Part shown: one piece after another, positions 56,101-64,000 of the stretch
How positions within the stretch are numbered: position 1 is the first letter of the stretch
Layout of the letters: every line of letters begins with the position of its first letter
Made by a program: the position numbers and the translations under genes
Virus record (IMG/VR): IMGVR_UViG_3300019888_000001
Location: 18,111-82,110 of that record
DNA from: a virus
Reading direction: 5' to 3' (one strand)
Length of the DNA stretch: 64,000 nt
Notes under the pieces: generated by a model
What the model saw: only the letters and a program-made list of their open reading frames with translations
The model's database searches: none
Told to the model about the DNA's origin: nothing

Positions 56101-58999
56101 GCGGGGCAAGGCTTAGATCTCGCTGGTATCTTCTAGTTTGTTTAAAATCCATTCTCCCTGCTTCCGGTAAGGTGCTGGTTAAAATACCAGCTTCCTTTAA
56201 GGCTGCTTCTAAAACACCATCTTGTTTATAGGCTCCAAATAATCGCCGTAAGGCAGCGAATAGCCCATCCAAGATTGATTTTTGACCGGGCTGCTTTAAT
56301 TTTGCCGGCAAATCCTGAGTATGTAAATCAGCCTGTACGTCGGGATCGGTCAGTAAGTGGGTTATAAATTCGTCTAAATCGGAAAGATGATATGCGTCTG
56401 GCTCTTTAGTTTCTGATTTAATGTGGTCGTAAATTTTCTGTAAGCGGTCTACGGCTACAGCTTCTTCCGGTGTTAGTTTGTACCCAGGGTCTAACTTTCG
56501 AAGGACGACGTGGTGAACTAGCTCATGTAACACTGTTTGCGTTACTCCGCCTTTATGCCCTCCTGTCATATTCACAGTGATCTCCCCTTTCGTAGGATCA
56601 GTAGGATGAGGGAAGTATGATCCGGCGTTCTTACTATCGTCTGCCACAAGATTTACTTGTATATTTGAAGTGGTGTCGCCCAATGCTGCTAGAATATGGT
56701 TAGCTAGGAGTTTAAAACGCGGAGGAGATGAGGGTTTGGAGATAATAGCGTTAAGCGCTGAACGAATTGGATCTTTTGTGCCTTTCAGTCCTAATTCGGT
56801 TGCGTCTTTCTCATTCAAAACTGCCGCTAAACTTTTAGGAGCGGCTGGTTCGAGGGCATGAGCTAAGCCGGGTAGCATATCGCTCTGAACTGGACGGTCA
56901 GCACCTAAAAGTTTCTGAGCTTCCTCGCGGGTAAGCGTAACTTCGTGACCGTTGGCATCCAAAATTGGCTTTCCATCTGGCCCTATAACTCCAAATTTAT
57001 GTTCTGCGTTCATCACCGCCATTACTTTTTTTACATTATCTATGTTCGCCGTCATCGTGCGGGTTTTGAGCCCCGCGTGGTCGTCGCCGATTACGCCGTG
57101 ATCTAGGACTTCTCCCGTTTTGGGGTCCACAATCACAGGACCGGTAACACGCGAATCTTCGGGTATGTTTGGAATATCTTTATGTGGGGTAATCGGGATA
57201 CCCTCGTTGGGAGCCAGCAGCTTAACTTCTGGTTTGGCGTCGCCAACTGGGGCTGGTGCTGGTTCGGGGGCGGTAGTTGGTTTCTCCAGCGTGTAGCTTC
57301 CGTCAGGATTTTGGGTTGCCCCGACTTTCTTCCATGCTGCCTCTGCTGAAGGTTGCATGTCCGTATCCGAGGTTGTACTACCGTATTTATCGGCTAGTTG
57401 TCGGAGAGTTTGCTGATACAATCCTTGCCCGCGGACAGATTTATCAATGTTTGCACCTTTAACTTCAAACCCTTGATTTGTTACGTTGCCTCGAATTTTG
57501 CCAACCGTTTTTCCATCGGCACTAACATCAACGACGTGTGTCCAATTGGAATCCCCATACATTTCTCCTGTCTTTTCTGCTTCAGTTACTGGACGTTCAG
57601 TTAGAGTTACTGGTTTTACTTGCGGCGGGGTTTCTGCCGCTGGAGTTGTGGGCGCCTTAGCCACAGCTTCAGGGAGGACAGGTTCCTTTGCTTCTGGTGC
57701 CGGGGTTACAGGTTGCAGTGTTTCAGGGTGAAGCTCTGCTCGAACCTCGGGAGGAGGCGCCTGGGCTTGAGCAGCTTTAACATGGTCTACGGCCGCTCCC
57801 TCCAATGCTTCCGCGGTTTTAGGCGACGCGTTTATTCTAGCATCACGAGCCGCATCCATCAACGCATTTGCGTGATCTCTGGCTGCCATAACCGAGGGAT
57901 GCTCGGCCGCCCTTACGAGTGGGACTTTTCCTCCGCCCGCACTAATAATACCAAACGCAGCTTGAATAGCATCAGAGGGTATGTCCTGTTTGTTGAAAGC
58001 ATCAGCAAAAGCTTGTTCTTTTTGTCCAGCAGGCGCGTTAGCAGCCGCTTCTGCGGCAGTGAGAAGGTGGCTCATGCTTATATTGCCGGCCATTGCGGCA
58101 GAGGCTTTCGTAGCCCATGCTTGAAGAGCAGGCATCCCTTCTGGTAAAACAGCTTTCAGGCCAGCCGAAATACCGTGGCCCACTCCCATCCACAAACCGT
58201 CCCCAAGAGTCGCCCGTTGAGCGGCATTCGCAGCTTGGGTCGGGTCTTTGGTTTGATCGTAATTCTCTGCGTATGTCTGAAGATGATGTTCAACCATGAA
58301 GGCGGGAAAATTTATAAGAGGCGCGGCTAAATTCCCGATTAATGCAGCAGCTTTCCCCCCCGCGGTGCTAGAAACTTCGGGCGAGGGGGTCATCTTTTTA
58401 GATACGTCACCCCAGGCGTCAGCAGCGTCTTGGAAGAATTGTTTGCCTTGAGTTCTGATAGCATCCGGCATAACGCTAAGTAGAAACTTTCCTACCGGCG
58501 CAGGCACGCCTCCTTCTTTGGAAAGAGTGGCCGGATCAGTGAGGGCGTTAGCGCTAATTTGGGAAAGTCCTTGAATTGCTTGCGTAACTCCATGAGAAAA
58601 TACCGTTGCTGCACCTTGCCCCCAATCCCAATCATTCTCCGTAGGAACTTTTGCAGCAAGGCTAGCTCGAGTGTTATCAAAAAAATCAGTGTCAACTTTG
58701 CGTTGGATCGGATCCTTCCACTCTGGTTGCTGAGTAGCATGGGCCAGCGCATCAGCGTGCCATTTATCAAATGTATCTAATTGACCTTCAGGGGATTTTT
58801 GGGAGAACCAAGGAGCCGCTGTTACCTCGCTCCATTTTGGAGGCATGGGCACAGGTTGGCCGGGTGCTGTTTGATCTTGGGTAGTGGCAGGAGCAGAAGT
58901 TTGATCAGTAGGTGGAGGCATGGTGGCCGAAAAATCAGGCGCGTTTTTCATGGCGTACTGATTTTTTGGATCGTCCGGAACTACCAGGGGATCAGCCAT
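53156..58999 (-). CDS. Large internal virion (ejection) or polyvalent protein with GNAT-like and zincin domains
   Basis: 1947 aa, Ala-rich helical; RGQGLY...AWKK (GNAT); VLHELVH...LDEF (zincin). Confidence 0.75.
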   Translation of the reverse strand: MADPLVVPDDPKNQYAMKNAPDFSATMPPPTDQTSAPATTQDQTAPGQPVPMPPKWSEVTAAPWFSQKSPEGQLDTFDKWHADALAHATQQPEWKDPIQRKVDTDFFDNTRASLAAKVPTENDWDWGQGAATVFSHGVTQAIQGLSQISANALTDPATLSKEGGVPAPVGKFLLSVMPDAIRTQGKQFFQDAADAWGDVSKKMTPSPEVSSTAGGKAAALIGNLAAPLINFPAFMVEHHLQTYAENYDQTKDPTQAANAAQRATLGDGLWMGVGHGISAGLKAVLPEGMPALQAWATKASAAMAGNISMSHLLTAAEAAANAPAGQKEQAFADAFNKQDIPSDAIQAAFGIISAGGGKVPLVRAAEHPSVMAARDHANALMDAARDARINASPKTAEALEGAAVDHVKAAQAQAPPPEVRAELHPETLQPVTPAPEAKEPVLPEAVAKAPTTPAAETPPQVKPVTLTERPVTEAEKTGEMYGDSNWTHVVDVSADGKTVGKIRGNVTNQGFEVKGANIDKSVRGQGLYQQTLRQLADKYGSTTSDTDMQPSAEAAWKKVGATQNPDGSYTLEKPTTAPEPAPAPVGDAKPEVKLLAPNEGIPITPHKDIPNIPEDSRVTGPVIVDPKTGEVLDHGVIGDDHAGLKTRTMTANIDNVKKVMAVMNAEHKFGVIGPDGKPILDANGHEVTLTREEAQKLLGADRPVQSDMLPGLAHALEPAAPKSLAAVLNEKDATELGLKGTKDPIRSALNAIISKPSSPPRFKLLANHILAALGDTTSNIQVNLVADDSKNAGSYFPHPTDPTKGEITVNMTGGHKGGVTQTVLHELVHHVVLRKLDPGYKLTPEEAVAVDRLQKIYDHIKSETKEPDAYHLSDLDEFITHLLTDPDVQADLHTQDLPAKLKQPGQKSILDGLFAALRRLFGAYKQDGVLEAALKEAGILTSTLPEAGRMDFKQTRRYQRDLSLAPPYVEPTAQKTPTQPEPGSQPEPATKAEPTDEKAAGKFTGVVRDGKIIDHQLELNPDASYEALAKLQTHITTLASEGKLTAADAARMAEQVIAARDKVSRLMFSNQNAKIDSDRKAQGLAPLASTAAQSYKGWWAEAEKQFTGDPEVINRLMKDLSDKPRGATPVESAMLLMKQIDLHHRIATASRGLDDAAPETRVEARAKFTALQEDYDHLQRILRTSGEENARGQVARKMMAAEDYSLAKMLTEKRAAAGDPKTPAEREAQETWVKKHNTEITKAQQAEEDHAASSDRVVKPTKTKESATSEQIAAKIHTKIFENGAPLNSLGNLIQRLARSFVAEGVTDREKLIDAVHSVLKQYDPELERTETMNAISGYGKWRPLSKDAVSKTLRDLTGQMQQLGKLETMREGEAPLKTGSEHRIPTIEEKVLTQLVRTKLRAGGFETTDDDFRLKSGLEQLKARLEKRITDYKDRLANKDFAPKTKPEPIAQDPEADRLQAATLKAKNDYKRGLLADQAAQRPLQDKALDMLAKFSRAAKLSAISTLFKLTGAAAYRAVQIPTEDLIGGGLGSVPGPLKTVFAKASIEGGFSVNAYAKGYAQALTTGMKDAYDMATTGHSTLSTLFGDKVVLPPSILDWFGQLHGALKSPALRGAYTIALEKQIGHAMRNGVDVTDPLVMTSLMMDTFKQSAAKYAYRQILLQDNVLSDWWKGGLARLEAKDKATGQIPLRRKVGATSMRATIPIVKVPLNYVTEALVHATGSVSGSVKLIGAMRRGMENLTPEESDVIARHLKKGLLGAAVLALGYFNSAPGFIQAGGYYTAGEKRKPGDVGAGRLRLGNWDVPSFLSHSPLLECLQLGATMRRVSDQYVSTTDRHKKGLPAGVMAGALGLARETPYMETMLDMSKLVKDPAGYAGDFARGIVVPQAVQNIAGWTDLKPEVQKNYIERWLKSQTIRRQPKGIVEHLKMGVPGLRQQVKKAKDQNP

Positions 59000-59001
59000 A
59001 A

Positions 59002-60057
59002 TTACTGGTATTTGCTAACAGGCGTAGTAGGTGCAGGCTGCCCAGGAGCCGACGACGCGGGTACTTGAGCCCCGGCTGCAGACGCTAAAAATTCTGCGGA
59101 AGGGCCTTTAGCATCAGTAGGAGCGGGTGGCGAGTTCAGCGGATGGTTTTTCTGATATTGTGCAATTCTGGCCTCATGCCAATCGCGAGAGTCTTCCCAA
59201 GCTTTATGCGCAGGATTTGGAGTATTAGTGTCTGGGATCATTTTGTCTGGTTCTTTCGCATACAAGCGCTGGAGTGCGGTCTCTGATGCGTTTGCTTTAG
59301 CTTCTTCTTTATCATCGTTATGAGTTCCGCCACGCTGTCCTGCCTTTAAAAGCCCTTGCGCGTAATTGCCTGTGTGAATAATGTCGCCAGCTTCCTCTGC
59401 GGAAAGTCTTTTGTCCTGAACGGCTTTGATTACTTGGTCGTAACCTTTCCCGCTCATCGTGAGATGCTGATTATGCATTTGAAAAAACCTATCGTTGAAA
59501 GCTTTAACCATCTCTCCAGATGCACCAGTATGGGTGGACGCAAGTTTCGTCCAATTGGCTATAGCATCCGGGGTGTTTGGGTCTATTTGCGAGGCTTTTT
59601 GCACGAAGTCCGCAGATTCAACTTGAGTATGGGCGTGATCGTTGAGAGCTTGCTGACGCGCTGTAAGGTTATGGTAGTCTGTCGCCCCACGGGCTGCCGC
59701 GATATGTGGGCCAATCGCGTTGGCTCCGAACTGCGATTCGAACTGGGAATCCTGTGCTGAGTTCCCTCGGCTTAAAGGTGAGTCATCGGCGTCGTCCCAA
59801 CGATCTGCAATGTTACCAGTAAACCCTGTACCCACGTATGAGGGATGGCCTTGCTGGGTTGCAATATCCCTCGCGTTGGTTGAGCGAGCGGCATCAACTG
59901 ATGCTATTACTGCATTACGCGCGGTTGAGTTTGGGTCAAATCCTGGAGTACCGGCCTGCTGCCCAAATTCATCTGTTGGTTTTGTGGGACCGAGAAAGGT
60001 GTTAACCAGGTTCGGCCGCATGTCTTCATTGGTGGGTGGGTTAGGAAGATCGGCCAT
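59002..60057 (-). CDS. Putative internal virion protein
   Basis: Ala/Gln-rich; coupled upstream of the giant protein. Confidence 0.6.
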   Translation of the reverse strand: MADLPNPPTNEDMRPNLVNTFLGPTKPTDEFGQQAGTPGFDPNSTARNAVIASVDAARSTNARDIATQQGHPSYVGTGFTGNIADRWDDADDSPLSRGNSAQDSQFESQFGANAIGPHIAAARGATDYHNLTARQQALNDHAHTQVESADFVQKASQIDPNTPDAIANWTKLASTHTGASGEMVKAFNDRFFQMHNQHLTMSGKGYDQVIKAVQDKRLSAEEAGDIIHTGNYAQGLLKAGQRGGTHNDDKEEAKANASETALQRLYAKEPDKMIPDTNTPNPAHKAWEDSRDWHEARIAQYQKNHPLNSPPAPTDAKGPSAEFLASAAGAQVPASSAPGQPAPTTPVSKYQ

Positions 60058-60059
60058 AA

Positions 60060-60584
60060 TTAATATCCACTTTCTTTACGCGCGAACCGGGCGTCTAACA
60101 AACTATCTTTTTTATCTGCAGTCGGAACCACTGCGGGTGTGGTGTTAGGTTTCGGGGAAAATAAAATATTTGGCTGGGCCCCGGGTTTAATTGGGGGAGG
60201 AACTAGCGGTAGAGTTGGTAAAGTCATACCTTGGAAACGAGGAATCGGGTCGAGCGCTCCGGTTCTGGGGGCTAAAATATTTGGGTTAACAGGAGGGGGC
60301 GCGGGTTTAAAAATATCTCCAATCAAATTTTTAATTCCTGCTTCAGCCCGCGCTTTTAAAGCCGAAGCACGATCTAGAAACGGGGTAGAAGTAGCCGCTG
60401 CCGGGGGCGCTCCAGAGGAACGGCGCTCTAAATCATTGAGGCCGCTTTCTAAAGTAGCGGTTCTGTTTGGCACAATCGGCGCGCCTGCAACCGGAGGTGG
60501 AGGAAGACCCGGCTGCGGCGCGACTTGGTTTGCGAGCGGGCCACTTGCGTAGGCTGGGGCACCGGGTGGTAGATCTTGTGGCAT
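60060..60584 (-). CDS. Pro-rich hypothetical (virion-associated?) protein
   Basis: First gene of the internal-protein operon. Confidence 0.6.
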   Translation of the reverse strand: MPQDLPPGAPAYASGPLANQVAPQPGLPPPPVAGAPIVPNRTATLESGLNDLERRSSGAPPAAATSTPFLDRASALKARAEAGIKNLIGDIFKPAPPPVNPNILAPRTGALDPIPRFQGMTLPTLPLVPPPIKPGAQPNILFSPKPNTTPAVVPTADKKDSLLDARFARKESGY

Positions 60585-60715
60585 AATTAAATAATTTTTG
60601 CTCCTTTACGTGATAAATTTTGGGAACTTCCAATATATAGTTTATCGTTTCCTGTACATTCAATTACATATACACCTGAAACTTTATTGCTATTTTGAAA
60701 AGTAAAAAGCATAAG

Positions 60716-61846
60716 TTACCAATGTGATGTGAGCCTTGGAGTCGTGCCCCCGGGATATATGAAGCGCAAACTTGGGTCCATATTGTGAGATAAGTCGTCA
60801 CCAAGCTCGTCGTTCAAAACGCCGATAGCACGCTCCCAATATTTCTCAGCGATGTCGAGTGCATTTGCATTTTCGAACGTTAGGGCATCAAGCCCAAGTG
60901 AAAGCGCGGATATGTTGTCGATTGGAAGAATGTCTTGGTCGGATACAAACTCCCGATGACGTAATTTCACCAGCGCTTGCACAACCGCGCTAGGGGTATT
61001 CGCGAGTGTGTCAACCATATATCTCCGGCACAAAAATTCTTCATCAGTGGGCGCCATAATGGCGAGGTTAGTAATAACATTGTTAACATCTATCTGTGTT
61101 AAGGTCATATTTACATCTACGGTTTCTGAATGCACGCGATCTATGTGCATGAATGGGTTAGAAACAGTTGTATTGCCGGTAAGAACGAGAGTAATCGGTA
61201 GGTAGTTAATATCCGTGCCGCTTATAGTCATGCTCAAAGTTTCGTTGCCTGGATAAGAGAGGCGAAGATTTCCGCCAACCAATAATTGGATATTCGTAAC
61301 CTGGCCGCCAGAAACAGTTGTAACTGCGGTAGCTCCGTTACCACCACCACCAGAGATTGTTACATTCGCGAAGGTATATCCAGTTCCGTAATTAGTAATA
61401 GTTATTCCAGTAACGCGCCCCGTAGTAGAAACTAAAGCTGTGGCAGTTGCGCCAGTTCCGTCGCCTGTGATTGTAACTGTGGGCTGTGCGGTATATTTCG
61501 ACCCGCCAATCGGAAGATGACACATTGTCGCGTAATTGTCACCTAAATCTCGCACTGCTGTCATAGAGAATCCTGAACGATCAGAAAAACCGGGCATCCA
61601 CGAATACCATTTGTTTGTCATTTCTAACGCAAGACCCGAAACACGAACCCCCTCAATTGTTCTGTACTGGCCTGGAAGCGCTATCTGGCCATAAGAGGCG
61701 ACGACAGCAATTGTTTGAAGAGACCCAACCCACTTACCATTCAGGATCAGGCGCTCGCAAACGCGGTTTATATTGTATTCGAGCTTGTCAGGCGGGCATC
61801 GATCTGCAAGGAATTCTTTCGCGCGGATTAAAGATAAGCGTGCCAT
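60716..61846 (-). CDS. Putative tail adaptor/tubular protein with inserted Gly/Thr-rich beta repeat
   Basis: Helical termini flank GSKYTAQPTVTITGDGTGATATA/GTGYTFANVTISGGGGNGATA repeats. Confidence 0.5.
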   Translation of the reverse strand: MARLSLIRAKEFLADRCPPDKLEYNINRVCERLILNGKWVGSLQTIAVVASYGQIALPGQYRTIEGVRVSGLALEMTNKWYSWMPGFSDRSGFSMTAVRDLGDNYATMCHLPIGGSKYTAQPTVTITGDGTGATATALVSTTGRVTGITITNYGTGYTFANVTISGGGGNGATAVTTVSGGQVTNIQLLVGGNLRLSYPGNETLSMTISGTDINYLPITLVLTGNTTVSNPFMHIDRVHSETVDVNMTLTQIDVNNVITNLAIMAPTDEEFLCRRYMVDTLANTPSAVVQALVKLRHREFVSDQDILPIDNISALSLGLDALTFENANALDIAEKYWERAIGVLNDELGDDLSHNMDPSLRFIYPGGTTPRLTSHW

Positions 61847-61924
61847 GACTGCGTAACCTACAAGATCTGAGACAGATAGTCAAACCTTTGGTTGACTGCT
61901 CGTGCGCTTGCAGTAACTTACATC

Positions 61925-62269
61925 ATGCTGCCCGCTTCACTCGATTTGGTAATCTTCCGCGACGTAACTTTTTCACTCGGTATCAATTGTCTCGATGTTA
62001 ATAACTCTCCAGTTGATATCACTGGTTGGACCCCGTACGCGCAAGCCAGAGATAAACCAGGTGGGCGTTTAATAATCGATTTAGCCCCCACGATTTCTGG
62101 GTCTCCTGTAAATGGAGCCGTAGTAATTTCTCTTTCGTCTGCGCAAACGTCGGCATTGGAACATGGAACTTTTGTGTGGGATTTTCATATGCGCCAACCA
62201 AATGGACTTATCATCGGTCCATTCTTGGGCGGCAAATTCATCGTTAACGACAGTGTTACAAATCCTTAA
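61925..62269 (+). CDS. BppU-N-like fibre attachment protein
   Basis: PVDITGWT..AQ.R...ISLSSAQTSAL..G..VWD; leaderless-type promoter at 61892. Confidence 0.65.
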   Translation: MLPASLDLVIFRDVTFSLGINCLDVNNSPVDITGWTPYAQARDKPGGRLIIDLAPTISGSPVNGAVVISLSSAQTSALEHGTFVWDFHMRQPNGLIIGPFLGGKFIVNDSVTNP

Positions 62270-62881
62270 ATGAATATTGTAGAAAAAACGACATTCGAGC
62301 ATGCGGTATACACTACAATTTATCGGCTTGCGTTTCCAGAAACTAGGAAAAATAGTGTTTTAAAGTGGAGACTTCAGAATCAAAAAACATATAAAAACAC
62401 AGGATCTAGAGCGCGGCTTTCCTTGGGCCCTTTAGGCTGGTACATGTACACTACGTTATGCAAATTAGCCGATCCTGATTATAAAAAAAAAAACACGGCT
62501 TATGCAGCTACCTGGCGTAAAACCCATCGAGAAAAACAGAGAGCAACCCGCCGAAAATGGCAAAAAAACTGGACCTTTAGTCAAAGGCTACAGCACAATG
62601 TGAGATGCAGGGTGAGACGGGCGCTAACCCACGGTAAAAAATTAACTAGCAGCCTTGATCTGTTAGGGTGCTCAGTTATGGAGTATAAAGCATATCTAGA
62701 ATCAATGTTTCTTCCAGATATGACCTGGAGGAATAATACAAAAATAGGATGGCATATTGATCATAAAATTCCTATTTGCAAGTTTGATCTTACAACTCTG
62801 GAAGGGCAAAAAGCAGCTTTTCATTATACTAACACACAGCCTCTTTGGGCTGTTGATAATCTGCGGAAAGGCGGTCAATAA
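62270..62881 (+). CDS. HNH homing endonuclease (MTW.N..WHIDH family)
   Basis: WHIDHKIP...FHYTNTQPLWAVDNLRKG. Confidence 0.85.
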   Translation: MNIVEKTTFEHAVYTTIYRLAFPETRKNSVLKWRLQNQKTYKNTGSRARLSLGPLGWYMYTTLCKLADPDYKKKNTAYAATWRKTHREKQRATRRKWQKNWTFSQRLQHNVRCRVRRALTHGKKLTSSLDLLGCSVMEYKAYLESMFLPDMTWRNNTKIGWHIDHKIPICKFDLTTLEGQKAAFHYTNTQPLWAVDNLRKGGQ

Positions 62882-64000
62882 TGCCAAGCCAAGACCCTAT
62901 CTTCCAGACTTCCATTTTATTTCCTAATACTCAAGTTACAACTATTCAGGTTCCGAATCCGGGGCCGATTCAAACAATTCAAATCGTACAGGGACTTCCA
63001 GGCCCGGCTGGCCCGACCGGTCCAACCGGCGCTGGAGCGACAGGTGCGACCGGCTCAACAGGAGTTACAGGCCCAATTGGTCCTATTGGTCCAGCAGGAA
63101 CAGACGGTGAAGATGGGCAAGATGGTATAGCAGGGTCAGTAGGTCCTCCTGGTATCACTGGTCCTACGGGTCCTACTGGAGCTGGAGTGACAGGTGCTAC
63201 GGGTCCAACGGGGCCTTACAGTGGTATTACTCCATTTGTGCAATCAACATCGTTAGGTTCTTTGCGGAATAATTTTTCCGGCGATGTTGGCATGAAGATT
63301 ATCACTAACGTCGGCTTTATAGTAACCGCGTTAGGACGCTGGAACGTTTCAGGAAACACTGGCACACATACTGTTAAATTAAAATCAAGCACCGGCGTGG
63401 TGCTTGGCTCTGTTTCGATTGATACTACTCTTGGAACGCCGGGAACCTTTCAATACGCTAACCTTGCAACCCCTATAGTTTTGCTATCTGGAACGACATA
63501 CTTTGTTGAATCGACGGAATTAAGCGGCGGTGATCAGTTTTATGATTATATTGGCACTGTTTTGGTGACGACAGCAGTAGCATCAGTTCCATTCGCCTCG
63601 GTAAACGCGACCTCACTATTCGGCGGCACAAACAGCTGCTACGGTCCGTTGAGCTTCATTTATGTCGGAGTTGGCGCTACTGGCCCTACTGGCCACGACG
63701 GCGTGCCAGGAACAGACGGAGAAGACGGAACAGATGGTGCACCTGGTGTAGCAGGTGCGACTGGCCCTACTGGCCCTACAGGTGGAGTAGGTGCAACAGG
63801 TGGAGTAGGTGCAACAGGTGGAGTAGGTGCAACAGGCGCTGGAACTACAGGTGCGACAGGCCCAACAGGTGTAACTGGCCACGACGGCGTGCCAGGAACA
63901 GACGGAGAAGACGGAACAGATGGTGCACCTGGTGTAGCAGGTGCGACTGGCCCTACTGGCCCTACAGGTGGAGTAGGTGCAACAGGTGGAGTAGGTGCAA
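62881..64000 (+). CDS. Collagen-like fibre protein, truncated by window edge
   Basis: ATG 62881 open to the end; GPT/GAT/GVT triplets interrupted by a DUF4082-like beta domain; not in the ORF track. Confidence 0.88.
   Translation, partial: MPSQDPIFQTSILFPNTQVTTIQVPNPGPIQTIQIVQGLPGPAGPTGPTGAGATGATGSTGVTGPIGPIGPAGTDGEDGQDGIAGSVGPPGITGPTGPTGAGVTGATGPTGPYSGITPFVQSTSLGSLRNNFSGDVGMKIITNVGFIVTALGRWNVSGNTGTHTVKLKSSTGVVLGSVSIDTTLGTPGTFQYANLATPIVLLSGTTYFVESTELSGGDQFYDYIGTVLVTTAVASVPFASVNATSLFGGTNSCYGPLSFIYVGVGATGPTGHDGVPGTDGEDGTDGAPGVAGATGPTGPTGGVGATGGVGATGGVGATGAGTTGATGPTGVTGHDGVPGTDGEDGTDGAPGVAGATGPTGPTGGVGATGGVGA
63688..64000 (+). repeat. Exact coding duplication (period 186 bp) with internal 18-bp repeats
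   Basis: 63688-63814 recurs at 63874-64000. Confidence 0.9.

Noticed and set aside
63616-63882. Cys-rich minus-strand ORF
   Set aside because: Antisense reading of the collagen repeats.
1-64000. Prophage boundaries, integrase, DGR or inteins
   Set aside because: No host genes, recombinase, reverse transcriptase or intein motifs seen in this window.

Overview
This is a 64-kb, probably circularly permuted, piece of a tailed dsDNA phage genome with podovirus-like organisation. No integrase, RNA polymerase, reverse transcriptase or CRISPR array is visible. 1-8 kb (minus): truncated scaffold-like gene, portal and large terminase. 8.9-12.2 kb: glycosyltransferase/methyltransferase cassette. 13-26 kb: replication module (SF2 helicase, PD-(D/E)XK nuclease, family A DNA polymerase, nucleotide-metabolism domains, primase, D5/P4-type helicase) followed by an iteron-like origin. 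26.8-33 kb: island of small membrane and secreted genes with their own promoters, plus one initiator-like tRNA(CAU). 33.4-34.8 kb: non-coding block with tandem repeats, a consensus sigma54 promoter and a densely structured leader of about 780 nt. 34.8-50.7 kb: early-type genes (ligase, DUF433, AAA+VWA, rIIA-like) interleaved with many tiny ORFs sharing a C-terminal motif. 50.7-64 kb: lysis-like, internal virion and tail genes and a collagen-like fibre. About 11 endonuclease ORFs are scattered throughout. Best leads: (i) the sigma54-driven large structured RNA and a second structured element with a perfect 24-nt complement 2.9 kb downstream; (ii) pervasive leaderless promoters, including an apparently leaderless A1:A72 initiator-like tRNA lacking the 3GC pairs; (iii) the family of small C-terminally tagged ORF cassettes. 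All family names come from motif recognition by eye, not database searches. A soil Verrucomicrobiota-like host is only an inference.
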